Shown here one piece after another: positions 1-8,786 of a stretch of DNA of 24,487 nt. This DNA comes from a bacterium. Lineage in GTDB: Bacteria; Muiribacteriota; UBA6191. A model generated the notes under the pieces. The model searched no databases. It had not been told where the DNA came from and saw only the letters and a program-made list of their open reading frames with translations. The stretch is taken from NCBI GenBank assembly GCA_036339875.1, contig JAYZAC010000187.1:1-24487 (forward strand), written 5' to 3'. The number at the start of each line of letters is the position of its first letter. Position 1 is the first letter of the stretch. The position numbers were made by a program, and so were the translations under genes.

Positions 1-972
1 AATTTCAGTTTGAACGCTAGATTTAAGGATCTTCCTGGCTTCTGGAAATTTTTTGAGAGCTACATTGCAAAGTGCTCTGGTGTTTTGAATTGCTAGAAAA
101 AGCTCACTATTTAAGTCCTCCTGACTCAAGATTAATAGTGAGAGTTTTTGTAGCCAGATGTCACAATTTTGATAGTCTTTTTCCTTGAAATAATCTATTG
201 CTAAGGCATAATAATTATAAAAATTATCCTCTAACATTCGTAGATAAGCTGCGGGTCGCAGTGCTTTAAATTTGTTAATCGAGCTATCATTTTTACTGAT
301 TCTAGCGTAGTAATCCTCAAATTCTTTAATCTGTTTTAGAATTTGATCTCTCTGAGTTAATCGAGGATTTTTGTATTGATACATGACTAATGGGCTTTGG
401 AAGTTATTTGGTTTCCAATTATCCTTAAATATGAGATCAGGGACCTTGGGAAAGCCTTCTATTTTTGAACAGTAGACTGTCGTTTGAAAGTGAAGATCAA
501 CGCGTTCCTTTATGTTTTCAATTTTATTTATTAATTGAGTCTTCTGATGGGAGGGCTCTTTGTCATATTGACCTAGTGCGAACCGTGTTATTTCCTCTCT
601 TGGGAAACTTGACGAGACCTTAAGTTGAATCGATTTACCTAAAACCTCACGCTCTACGACAAGATCCCAGTGCCAAGTGTGACTATCCGCTTTCCTTAGA
701 ACTTTTTTAGAGTTGAAAAGCGGATTATTGAGATTCTTAATTCCTTCTGGAAGTAACAACTTTAGCTCAATATCTTGGAGATCGCCCAATAGATTCTGAA
801 GCTCGAATTTCAGTCTGAATTTTTTGCCAAATTCAGGCGTTTTAATCGGTGAGAATTTGGCTTTGTACCATGTCGGAATAGGAAGTCCGGGCTTAATGGC
901 AAAGTATGCTTTGACGTTGATAGAGCAAATGACTATAGAAATTATTAGGAAATGTTTGATGACTTCAATCAT
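1..972 (-). CDS. Hypothetical exported protein, 3'-truncated by window edge (>=324 aa); helical, possibly TPR-like C-terminal part
   Basis: Manual translation: ATG at 972-970, open to position 1 with no stop. N-terminus MIEVIKHFLIISIVICSINVKHTFA-IKPG looks like a signal peptide. Not in the ORF track. Confidence 0.8.
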   Translation of the reverse strand, partial: MIEVIKHFLIISIVICSINVKAYFAIKPGLPIPTWYKAKFSPIKTPEFGKKFRLKFELQNLLGDLQDIELKLLLPEGIKNLNNPLFNSKKVLRKADSHTWHWDLVVEREVLGKSIQLKVSSSFPREEITRFALGQYDKEPSHQKTQLINKIENIKERVDLHFQTTVYCSKIEGFPKVPDLIFKDNWKPNNFQSPLVMYQYKNPRLTQRDQILKQIKEFEDYYARISKNDSSINKFKALRPAAYLRMLEDNFYNYYALAIDYFKEKDYQNCDIWLQKLSLLILSQEDLNSELFLAIQNTRALCNVALKKFPEARKILKSSVQTEI

Positions 973-1065
973 GGTAGATTTTTCTCCACTGAAACTAGAT
1001 AATGCAATTAATACAATGAATTATAGTCTCAATAGCTAAATTCTGAAACTCTCGTATTCAATAGC

Positions 1066-1094
1066 TTGACGAAAGTTAAAGTTTTGGTTATTAT
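1066..1094 (+). promoter_or_regulatory. sigma70-type promoter for the 682-aa gene
   Basis: TTGACG (1066-1071), 17-nt spacer, TATTAT (1089-1094). Confidence 0.65.
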
Positions 1095-1138
1095 CCGCCT
1101 CTTCACGGTATTTTAGAGATTGTGAACCGCATTTTGCG

Positions 1139-1165
1139 CTCCCAGTTTTGGGGGTTTCTTTTTTT
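1139..1165 (+). terminator. Intrinsic-terminator-like hairpin in the 5' leader of the 682-aa gene (possible attenuator)
   Basis: CTCCCA-GTTT-TGGGGG stem-loop followed by TTTCTTTTTTT, just upstream of SD GGGGAG (1169-1174). Confidence 0.45.
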
Positions 1166-1179
1166 ATAGGGGAGTTTTT

Positions 1180-3228
1180 ATGGCCAAAACAAAGAAAAAG
1201 GAGACAAAGGTTGTTGCTAAGAACTATAAGTCGGTTCTTCTTGAAACCTTGATGGATCGAAAAATAGCTACATGCCAGGAGTTGACTACAGCTATTCAGG
1301 CAGAGATTCCATTCCTTAAATTTGAATCATCATACAAGGTTAAGGCTGAATATGTACTTCCAACTCTAGAAAAAAGTCAATGTTTTGAGCAGAAAGACAA
1401 GGATACGTGGACTTTATCGTCTCTTTTCTTAAACTTAGAAAACCACGCCCACGATATTTTGCGTAAAGGAAAGTTGCCTTTAACGTACGAGCAGCTCACG
1501 GAGGAAATAGCCATGAAGTCTTCACTTCATCCCTCCGATATACCCCTGAAATTGGAGGGTGATGACAGATTTGTGCTCGTGACGATTGCGCGCGAAGAAT
1601 TTTATTTTTTAGATGATTGGGAATTTTGTAATGAGTTTGCTTTTGCTCTATTCGTTCAGAATGGAAATGATGGTTTAAGTGCAGAGGAGATCATCAAAGC
1701 TATTAAATTGAAATTCAACAAGAAGTCGAAAAATTCAGTAGTGCTTTTAGATGCGGATCCCCGGTTTCGTGAAGGTACTGATGGGAAATATTCAGTTTTT
1801 CCCCGCGTTATAAAGAAATTTAAGAAGAAAGATGTTCCAAAGTCTGTTTTAGAAGACGTCTTTAAAAAATTGGAAGCTGGAGAGGGGCCCTTTAGCATCA
1901 AAGACATAGCTGATGAATACATCGATGTTCCATATCCATTGACTAACTTAGAAGAGCAATTTTCACAAGATCTTCGGTTTAGTGTTAGTCGTGAAAAAGT
2001 AAAACGGAGTCGTTTAAGCCTTGAGGAAATTAAAGAGGCCAAAAGAGAGGAACGACGTAAAAAGAAGGCTCAGAAAGAACTAGAAGAGAAAAGGAGAGAA
2101 GTCGAAAGCGCTCAGATGGCAATTGAAGAGGTATCAGAAGTTACTGAAGAGACTGGCGATGTTTTGGGCTTACTACTACCTAGCGAAGAGCCAGATGAAG
2201 AAATTGTGGATGGTCTTTCTCTTGATAAGATTCGTGAGACACTACTAGCAGAGGAATCAGTTGAAGAAGATAGTAGCACTGATTTAAGATCTGTACTACC
2301 CGGTGTAACACCAGCTCCAATTACTCCTGAAAGCACGCTATCCTCGAATATTGCTGATGAAGCTGAAGATGGTTTAGGTTTCCTCAAGCGGAAAAATACG
2401 GTTATTAAGAAAGTTGTTCAGGAGGATGTAGAAGATTTTGACCTTGAATCTACGGTTGTCGACCAAGAGGAGCTCGCAGAGTACGTCAAAGAGCTTACTG
2501 ATAGAGATGGCTCGCTTACAGGTATATCTCCGCTACGATTTGATGAAATGTTACGTAGGTACCTACCTTTTAGAGTCACCGATTACAAGTCAACTAATCC
2601 GGAGGTTTCGGATTTTGTGGTGAAACTAGCACGACCAAGGCTCGATCAAATCGTTTTGGATCCGGTTTGCGGTAGGGGAGATTTAATTCTAAGGGTTCTT
2701 AAGGAAGTTAAGAGCACTTTACGGCCAAACAATAGTCAGGATTTAGAAACCTTTGAAACATTTCTAGATGAACAAGTGGTCGGTTTGGATCAGAGCGAAT
2801 TTATAGTGAAAGGCGCAAGATTAGCTTTAGCCTTAAACAATTTCCAGTTGAGTTTGATGGAGGTTGCGGATTCGCAGGAAGATGAAGACATCATGATCGA
2901 TGAGATGTATTCAATGGTGGTAGGTGATTTTAGTGGCTTTAATATCCGTGAAATGAAAAGTTATTTGATCGCTATGTATCGAGTTTTGTGTGAGGGTGGT
3001 CAAGCTGTAATCGTTATGGACTCGGATCACATGGAAGATGATCGTGAAATTGCTTCATTGGTTCAAGAGAAGTTTTTAGTCCGAAATCAGGTTATTTTTG
3101 ATGACTATGACGGGCATTCACGAAATGTATTGCAATTAGTGAAGTCAGTGGACAGAGGTGAGAAGACAAAGGTGTTCCGTCTTGAAAATCTAAGTCAACT
3201 ACAAAGGGTATTAGATTTAATTTACTGA
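1180..3228 (+). CDS. Multi-domain protein: tandem winged-HTH (HARE-HTH/RNAP delta-like) repeats, charged/acidic linker, C-terminal degenerate N-6 DNA methylase (HsdM-like) domain
   Basis: Strong SD. Repeated L..D.RF wing motifs (LEGDDRF, LDADPRF, FSQDLRF) and AHDILRKGKLPLTYEQLTEEI. C-terminal TNPEVSDFVVKL...VLDPVCGRG resembles the HsdM motif X/I region, but motif IV reads VVGDFSG rather than NPPF. Confidence 0.7.
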   Translation: MAKTKKKETKVVAKNYKSVLLETLMDRKIATCQELTTAIQAEIPFLKFESSYKVKAEYVLPTLEKSQCFEQKDKDTWTLSSLFLNLENHAHDILRKGKLPLTYEQLTEEIAMKSSLHPSDIPLKLEGDDRFVLVTIAREEFYFLDDWEFCNEFAFALFVQNGNDGLSAEEIIKAIKLKFNKKSKNSVVLLDADPRFREGTDGKYSVFPRVIKKFKKKDVPKSVLEDVFKKLEAGEGPFSIKDIADEYIDVPYPLTNLEEQFSQDLRFSVSREKVKRSRLSLEEIKEAKREERRKKKAQKELEEKRREVESAQMAIEEVSEVTEETGDVLGLLLPSEEPDEEIVDGLSLDKIRETLLAEESVEEDSSTDLRSVLPGVTPAPITPESTLSSNIADEAEDGLGFLKRKNTVIKKVVQEDVEDFDLESTVVDQEELAEYVKELTDRDGSLTGISPLRFDEMLRRYLPFRVTDYKSTNPEVSDFVVKLARPRLDQIVLDPVCGRGDLILRVLKEVKSTLRPNNSQDLETFETFLDEQVVGLDQSEFIVKGARLALALNNFQLSLMEVADSQEDEDIMIDEMYSMVVGDFSGFNIREMKSYLIAMYRVLCEGGQAVIVMDSDHMEDDREIASLVQEKFLVRNQVIFDDYDGHSRNVLQLVKSVDRGEKTKVFRLENLSQLQRVLDLIY

Positions 3229-3263
3229 GTTAATTTAGAAAGGTTTTATTAATCCGGTCTAGA

Positions 3264-3292
3264 TTGACGCTATAACATATGCCGAGTATAAT
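3264..3292 (+). promoter_or_regulatory. Near-consensus sigma70 promoter of the rpmF-plsX-fab operon
   Basis: TTGACG (3264-3269), 17-nt spacer, TATAAT (3287-3292). Confidence 0.8.
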
Positions 3293-3300
3293 TCGCGCAG

Positions 3301-3350
3301 GTGGGACTTGAGGCTGAAACGGCCTCGTCCTATGGAAAGGGAGTGGGACC
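3301..3350 (+). promoter_or_regulatory. Structured 5' leader of rpmF
   Basis: GTGGGAC (3301-3307) pairs with GTCCTAT (3327-3333); GAGGC (3310-3314) pairs with GCCTC (3322-3326); a second GTGGGAC lies at 3343-3349 next to the start codon. Confidence 0.45.
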
Positions 3351-3521
3351 ATGCCGGTACCTAAACGAAAAACTATCCGAGCAAATCGGGACAGCCGAAG
3401 GGCAAATATTAAGATGACAGTTTCTCCATTAGTTCCTCTTGAGGGACAAAAAGGGGTGAAGGTTCCCCGCCGCTTAGTGCGGGCCTATAAAGAAGGTTTA
3501 CTAACACCTGAAAAGCGATAA
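3351..3521 (+). CDS. rpmF: 50S ribosomal protein L32 (Cys-free form)
   Basis: 56 aa MPVPKRKTIRANRDSRRANIKMTVSPLVPLEGQKGVKVPRRLVRAYKEGLLTPEKR. L32 N-terminal signature, canonical position directly upstream of plsX, SD-like AAGGGAG. Missing from the ORF track. Confidence 0.92.
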   Translation: MPVPKRKTIRANRDSRRANIKMTVSPLVPLEGQKGVKVPRRLVRAYKEGLLTPEKR

Positions 3522-3538
3522 TTGGGCTAGGATAATTC

Positions 3539-4504
3539 ATGGCTATTGTTTTGGATGCTATGGGGGGTGACTTCGCTCCTCAGGCGACAGTAGAGGGTGC
3601 GATCAAAGCAGCTGAACTGGGAATAAAAATTCACTTGGTAGGACCTGAGGAACGATTGAGTTCATTATGTGGAATCAACCCTCACATTGACATCGTAAAT
3701 GCTACTGATGTCGTGGGAATGAGTGATTCACCGTCTGGCGTAATTCGAAGACGTAAAGATAGTTCAATCGTCGTAGGTGTAAAGTTGGCTAAGGAATTGG
3801 GAATTCCTTTCGTGTCTGCTGGTAATACAGGAGCTTGTATGGCGGCCGCTTTGTTTACATTTGGTAGGCTTCCGGGGATCAAACGTCCACCGATAGCTTC
3901 GTTATTTCCCCAAATTTCAGGTGGGGAATGTGTGATTCTAGACGTTGGTGCGAACGTGGATTGTACGGCTGAAAATTTGCTGAATTTTGCCGTCATGGGT
4001 AGTGCATACTGTCAGTTGGCTTTGGGCGTAGCGGAACCTAGAGTTGGTCTAATGAGTAACGGTGAAGAGCGCGGGAAAGGGAATAGTTTAACTCTTGAAG
4101 CATACAATCTACTAAGTAAGTTTGTGCCCAATTTTGTAGGCAATGTGGAGGGCTTTGATGTACTAAGTGGTAAGTGTGATGTAATTGTTTGCGATGGTTT
4201 TGTAGGTAATATTTTACTGAAAACAACCGAAGGCATCGTAAAGAGCTTTCAGAGTGTAATTCGTAAAAGTATCACTGACTTTTCGTCGATTAGTGCAGAT
4301 TTGCAGCAAGTGTTGTCTAACCTTACAAAATATAATCCTGATAATAGAGAACATTCGGGCGCACCATTACTTGGTATTGATGGGACCTGTTTTATCGTTC
4401 ATGGTAGTGCAAATTCTAAGACCATAACTGGAGCTATTCAGGGAGCGAATAAACTTGGTGAATCTGGGTTAGTGTCCAAGATCCGCGACGCAATCGAAGC
4501 TTGA
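3539..4504 (+). CDS. plsX: Phosphate acyltransferase PlsX
   Basis: IVLDAMGGDFAP, SAGNTGA, LDVGANVD, VGNVEG, DVIVCDGFVGN motifs; synteny. Confidence 0.97.
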   Translation: MAIVLDAMGGDFAPQATVEGAIKAAELGIKIHLVGPEERLSSLCGINPHIDIVNATDVVGMSDSPSGVIRRRKDSSIVVGVKLAKELGIPFVSAGNTGACMAAALFTFGRLPGIKRPPIASLFPQISGGECVILDVGANVDCTAENLLNFAVMGSAYCQLALGVAEPRVGLMSNGEERGKGNSLTLEAYNLLSKFVPNFVGNVEGFDVLSGKCDVIVCDGFVGNILLKTTEGIVKSFQSVIRKSITDFSSISADLQQVLSNLTKYNPDNREHSGAPLLGIDGTCFIVHGSANSKTITGAIQGANKLGESGLVSKIRDAIEA

Positions 4505-4514
4505 GGAGAGTTTC

Positions 4515-5516
4515 ATGACTAAAATTTATGGGGCTGAAGTTAGCGGAGTAGGGAAATGTCTCCCCAAAAAATTTCTTACAAATAATGATTTAACGAAATT
4601 TATTGATACCTCTGACGAATGGATAACTACTCGTACTGGAATTAAACAGCGCCATATGATCAGTGAGGATGAAAGCGTTAGTCAAATGGCTTCGGAAGCT
4701 GCGCAGCAGGCACTTGATATGGCGGGGGTTGTTCCTCAGGATGTAGGTCTAATAGTTTGTGGAACCTTTACTGCCGATTTTAAACTTCCTTCCGCAGCAT
4801 GTCTGATCCAAGATCGTCTCGGAGCCTCTAATGCAGGGGCATTTGATATCAACTCGGCTTGTACCGGTTTTATACATTCGCTCATAACAGGGGCTCAATA
4901 TGTGAAAACCGGTGCCTATGAACATGTTTTAGTTATTGGAGCGGATGCTTGTTCTAGGATGCTGAATTGGGAAGATCGCGCCACTTGTGTATTATTTGGA
5001 GATGGTGCCAGCGCAGTACTTTTGAGTCGAAATGAAAATCCAGAGATTGGTGTTCAGTCTCATTTTACCCGAACCGACGGTGGGGGTATGCGTAGTCTGT
5101 GGATTTATGCTGGTGGTTCTGATCGCCCAATAGACGAGGAAGTTTTGAAGGAAAAACTTCATTATGTACAAATGTCTGGTAGTGATGTCTTTAAGTTTGC
5201 GATTCAAGCGATTAGCGAATCAGCAAATAAGGTAATGGAGCAAGAAGGCCTCGTAGATTCAGATATTCGTTTGATGGTTCCTCATCAGGCGAATCAGCGC
5301 ATTATTCAAGCTGCTGCGAAGAAGTTAAATATACCTAGTGAGCAGGTTTACATTAACATAGATAGGTACGGGAATACGGTGGGTGCCTCTGTCGGTTTAG
5401 CTCTGTGTGACGCATATCATGAGAATCGACTTGAAAATGGTGATAAAGTCTTAGTCGTAGGATTTGGAGCGGGCTTATCATGGGGGGCAACTGTTATTAA
5501 TTGGAGTTTGAGCTAA
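4515..5516 (+). CDS. fabH: 3-oxoacyl-ACP synthase III
   Basis: DTSDEWITTRTGI; catalytic C (NSACTGF), H (PHQAN), N (YGNT); GFGAGLSWG. Confidence 0.97.
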   Translation: MTKIYGAEVSGVGKCLPKKFLTNNDLTKFIDTSDEWITTRTGIKQRHMISEDESVSQMASEAAQQALDMAGVVPQDVGLIVCGTFTADFKLPSAACLIQDRLGASNAGAFDINSACTGFIHSLITGAQYVKTGAYEHVLVIGADACSRMLNWEDRATCVLFGDGASAVLLSRNENPEIGVQSHFTRTDGGGMRSLWIYAGGSDRPIDEEVLKEKLHYVQMSGSDVFKFAIQAISESANKVMEQEGLVDSDIRLMVPHQANQRIIQAAAKKLNIPSEQVYINIDRYGNTVGASVGLALCDAYHENRLENGDKVLVVGFGAGLSWGATVINWSLS

Positions 5517-5525
5517 AGAGGTACC

Positions 5526-6467
5526 ATGGCTGAAAAAATTGCTTTTATATTTCCGGGTCAAGGTTCGCAAACAGTTGGTATGGGTAAAGATATTTGTGCC
5601 CATCACGAAGCGGCTCGATTCATTTTTGCGGAAGCTGACGAGGCATTAGGAAAATCATTGAGTACGATGTGTTTCGAGGGTCCGGAAGATGATTTAGGTT
5701 TAACTGTTAATACACAGCCAGCTATCGTTGCTACAAGTTTAGCATTATTTAAGTGTTTCACTGAGAAGGGTCCTCAGCCATCCTTTGTGGCCGGGCATAG
5801 CGTCGGTGAATATGCTGCATTAGCAGCTGCGGGTGCGTTAAGCATTCAAGATGTAATTGGTTTGGTAGCTAAACGTGGACAATTGATGGATGATGCTTGT
5901 CCTGCCGGAACTGGCGGTATGGCAGCACTCATAGGTATGGATCGTGAAAAAACTCTCAAGATGCTTAATGAAATGGAGCTGTCTGCTGATTATGCTTTGG
6001 ACTTGGCTGGTTTGAATTGTCCGGGACAAGTAGTTGTAGCTGGTCACTTGGAAGCAATTGACTTCGCAATAAACAATGTGCGTGAATTCGGTGGCCGCAT
6101 GGGAGTCAAATTAAACGTAAGTGGTCCGTTTCACTCACGATTAATGAAACCTGCAGAGGATGGCTTGAGTGGTCGTTTAACCGAGGCTGACTTTAGTGAG
6201 GCCTTGATCCCTGTATTGCCTAATACCCTTGCCAAGTCAGTTAGCGATCCTCAGGAATTGAAGAAGGCACTGATGTCACAGTTAACTCTGCCAGTATTAT
6301 GGGAAGATAGTGTGCGCTACATGTTGTCAGAGAATATAAATACTTTTGTGGAGTTTGGTGCAGGTAATGTGCTTGCTGGTATGATTCGAAAAATTGATAG
6401 AAAAGCTCGAGTTATTGCTGTGCATGATAGTCAGTCCTTAAATACTGCATTAGAGGAATTAGTTTGA
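5526..6467 (+). CDS. fabD: Malonyl-CoA:ACP transacylase
   Basis: FPGQGSQ, GHSVGE, VSGPFHS motifs. Confidence 0.97.
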   Translation: MAEKIAFIFPGQGSQTVGMGKDICAHHEAARFIFAEADEALGKSLSTMCFEGPEDDLGLTVNTQPAIVATSLALFKCFTEKGPQPSFVAGHSVGEYAALAAAGALSIQDVIGLVAKRGQLMDDACPAGTGGMAALIGMDREKTLKMLNEMELSADYALDLAGLNCPGQVVVAGHLEAIDFAINNVREFGGRMGVKLNVSGPFHSRLMKPAEDGLSGRLTEADFSEALIPVLPNTLAKSVSDPQELKKALMSQLTLPVLWEDSVRYMLSENINTFVEFGAGNVLAGMIRKIDRKARVIAVHDSQSLNTALEELV

Positions 6468-7216
6468 TGCAGGATTATTTTTCGAATAAGGTTGCTATTG
6501 TAACGGGTGCCTCTCGAGGTATTGGTTATGCGATAGCAAATGAACTAGCTTCGTTGGGGTGCAATTTAGCTTTAATTTCGACTAATAGATCCACCATAGA
6601 TAGCGTAGGTAAAGAGTTAAAACAAAGGCATGGGGTAGAAGTTCTTCCAATGCAAGTTGACGTAAAAGATATTGAGTCTGTGAATCAGGCTGTGAAAGAG
6701 GTCATTAGTAAGTGGGGAGGAGTTAATTTTCTCATAAATAATGCCGGTATTACTAGAGATTCTCTGTTAATTAGAATGACGTCCGAAGATTGGGATGAAG
6801 TAATAGATACCAACTTGAAAGGTTGTTTTAATAGCGCTAAAGCAGTTTGTAAAACTATGATGAAAAGCAGAGAGGGAGTAATCGTTAATATTACCTCAGT
6901 AGTGGGTATGATGGGTAACCCAGGACAAGCAAATTACTCAGCCGCAAAAGCAGGTGTAATAGGTTTTACAAAGACTCTAGCAAGAGAGCTGGCTCCTCGG
7001 GGAGTTAGAGTGAATGCAATAGCGCCGGGATTCATAAATTCAAGTATGACTGATAAGATTCCAGATAAAGTAAAAGATGAATTAAAAAACCGCATACCAT
7101 TGGGTGAATTTGGTGAGGCTAAGGCAGTCGCCGATTGTGTGACATTTTTGTTGTCTCCTATGTCGGCTTATATCACTGGTTCAATTATCCAAGTGGATGG
7201 TGGTATGAATATGTAA
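6467..7216 (+). CDS. fabG: 3-oxoacyl-ACP reductase
   Basis: [24 protein letters not shown] at 6467 overlaps the fabD stop (TGATG); TTG at 6464 is the alternative start. Confidence 0.96.
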   Translation: MQDYFSNKVAIVTGASRGIGYAIANELASLGCNLALISTNRSTIDSVGKELKQRHGVEVLPMQVDVKDIESVNQAVKEVISKWGGVNFLINNAGITRDSLLIRMTSEDWDEVIDTNLKGCFNSAKAVCKTMMKSREGVIVNITSVVGMMGNPGQANYSAAKAGVIGFTKTLARELAPRGVRVNAIAPGFINSSMTDKIPDKVKDELKNRIPLGEFGEAKAVADCVTFLLSPMSAYITGSIIQVDGGMNM

Positions 7217-7229
7217 GAAAGGGGATGTC

Positions 7230-7463
7230 ATGTCTGATATCGCGGATAGAGTTAAAGAAATTGTTGCCAAGCAATTGGGTGCAGAAGACGAAGCCATTAC
7301 TCCCGAAGCTACCTTTGTAGAGGATTTGGGTGCCGACTCCCTTGATATAGTTGAGTTGGTTATGGCTTTAGAAGAAGAATTTGGATTAGAAATTCCAGAT
7401 GATGCAGCTGAAGAGATCAAAACTGTTGATTCAGCCGTAAAATATATAGAAAAAAATCTATAA
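7230..7463 (+). CDS. acpP: Acyl carrier protein
   Basis: [21 protein letters not shown] phosphopantetheine site. Confidence 0.98.
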   Translation: MSDIADRVKEIVAKQLGAEDEAITPEATFVEDLGADSLDIVELVMALEEEFGLEIPDDAAEEIKTVDSAVKYIEKNL

Positions 7464-7471
7464 TTTTTGTC

Positions 7472-7509
7472 CACCGAGAATAATCAAATTGATTTGATTA
7501 TTCTCGGTG
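7472..7509. repeat. Perfect 18-bp inverted repeat between acpP and fabF (mRNA-stabilising, partial-termination or processing hairpin)
   Basis: CACCGAGAATAATCAAAT-TG-ATTTGATTATTCTCGGTG; only a weak U-rich tail follows. Confidence 0.8.
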
Positions 7510-7544
7510 TATATTTAAGTTTTTCCAGTATTTGGAGGCCATAA

Positions 7545-8783
7545 GTGCAAAGAGTTGTGGTTACCGGACTAGGTGCCGTGACCTCACTGGGTCATAGTCT
7601 TGAGCAAACTTATCAAGGGCTTATATCTGGTCAGAGTGGGATCGATAGGATCTGCTCGTTCGATGTTAGTAAGCATGCCACACAGATAGCAGCTGAGGTA
7701 CGAGACTTTCCCTTTGATGATTATTTCACGACCAAAGAATTACGCAAGCATGATCGCTTTTCTCAGTTTGCATGGATCGCAGCGCAAGAAGCGATGGAAC
7801 AATCCGGATTGATGAATTCTGGTTTCAATTGTGAGCGTGCCGGAATTTTTGTAGGTAGTGGCGTTGGAGGCCTTTTGACGCAAGAATCTACTGCGATTAA
7901 TTACCAAAAAAGAGGTAGTCGTGGAGTTAGTCCTTTTTTCATTTCTAATTTAATTAGTAATCTTGCTGGAGGTAATATTGCTATTCGTTACGGATTTAAA
8001 GGGATTAATTTTTCAATAGTTTCTGCATGTGCCTCAGGGGCTCATTGTGTCGGAGAAGGTTTTCGTGAGATCAGAACTGGACGCCATGATGTAATGCTTG
8101 TCGGTGGAGCTGAAGCGGCTATTACACCTTTGACTATTGCGGGTTTTTCAAATATGAAGGCGATGAGTAGGCGTAATGATGAACCTGAGCGAGCTTCTAG
8201 ACCATATGATAAGGACCGCGATGGTTTTGTAATGGGGGAAGGTTCGGGAATACTGATTTTAGAAAGTCTGGATCATGCTAGAAGTCGTAATGCAAATATT
8301 CTTGCTGAAATTATCGGATATGGGGCAACATGTGATGCTCATCACATTACAGCTGTTGCACCAGGCGGCGAAGGCGTTGTTCGGGCTGCAAAGTTGGCCT
8401 TAAATGATGCAAAAATCAATGCTGAGTCCGTAAGTATAGTAAACTCTCATGGGACGTCGACGCCTATTGGAGATCGACAGGAAATAGATTTTTTTAATTC
8501 AGTATTTGGTGATCATGCCAGAAACTTATGGATTTCTTCATCCAAATCTATGATTGGTCACCTTTTGGGGGCTGCAGGAGGCGTTGAATCCGCAGTCTGT
8601 GTCAAAACATTGGTGGAGGGGATTGTTCATCCGACATTAAATCTTGATAATCCTGAAGATGGAGTAGATCTTGATTTTATGCCGGGAGATGCTAGAGAGA
8701 CAAATGCAGATATTATCCTCAAAAACTCTATGGGGTTCGGTGGCCATAATGCAGCGCTACTCTTTAAACGATTTGATGGTTAA
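7545..8783 (+). CDS. fabF: 3-oxoacyl-ACP synthase II
   Basis: GTG start with GGAGG SD; RVVVTGLG, SACASG, NSHGTST, GHLLGAAG, GFGGHN. Confidence 0.97.
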   Translation: MQRVVVTGLGAVTSLGHSLEQTYQGLISGQSGIDRICSFDVSKHATQIAAEVRDFPFDDYFTTKELRKHDRFSQFAWIAAQEAMEQSGLMNSGFNCERAGIFVGSGVGGLLTQESTAINYQKRGSRGVSPFFISNLISNLAGGNIAIRYGFKGINFSIVSACASGAHCVGEGFREIRTGRHDVMLVGGAEAAITPLTIAGFSNMKAMSRRNDEPERASRPYDKDRDGFVMGEGSGILILESLDHARSRNANILAEIIGYGATCDAHHITAVAPGGEGVVRAAKLALNDAKINAESVSIVNSHGTSTPIGDRQEIDFFNSVFGDHARNLWISSSKSMIGHLLGAAGGVESAVCVKTLVEGIVHPTLNLDNPEDGVDLDFMPGDARETNADIILKNSMGFGGHNAALLFKRFDG

Positions 8784-8786
8784 GTA

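Noticed and set aside
824..1039. 71-aa + strand ORF from the track
   Set aside because: TTG start, no recognisable features, and it overlaps the much longer minus-strand CDS 1-972 antisense
1180..3228. Active type I/IIG restriction-modification methyltransferase
   Set aside because: No NPPF/Y motif, no nuclease or specificity domain, and no hsdR/hsdS neighbours
3539..8783. Secondary-metabolite (type II PKS/aryl polyene) cluster
   Set aside because: Canonical primary FASII order with plsX, a single ACP and no chain-length factor or tailoring genes
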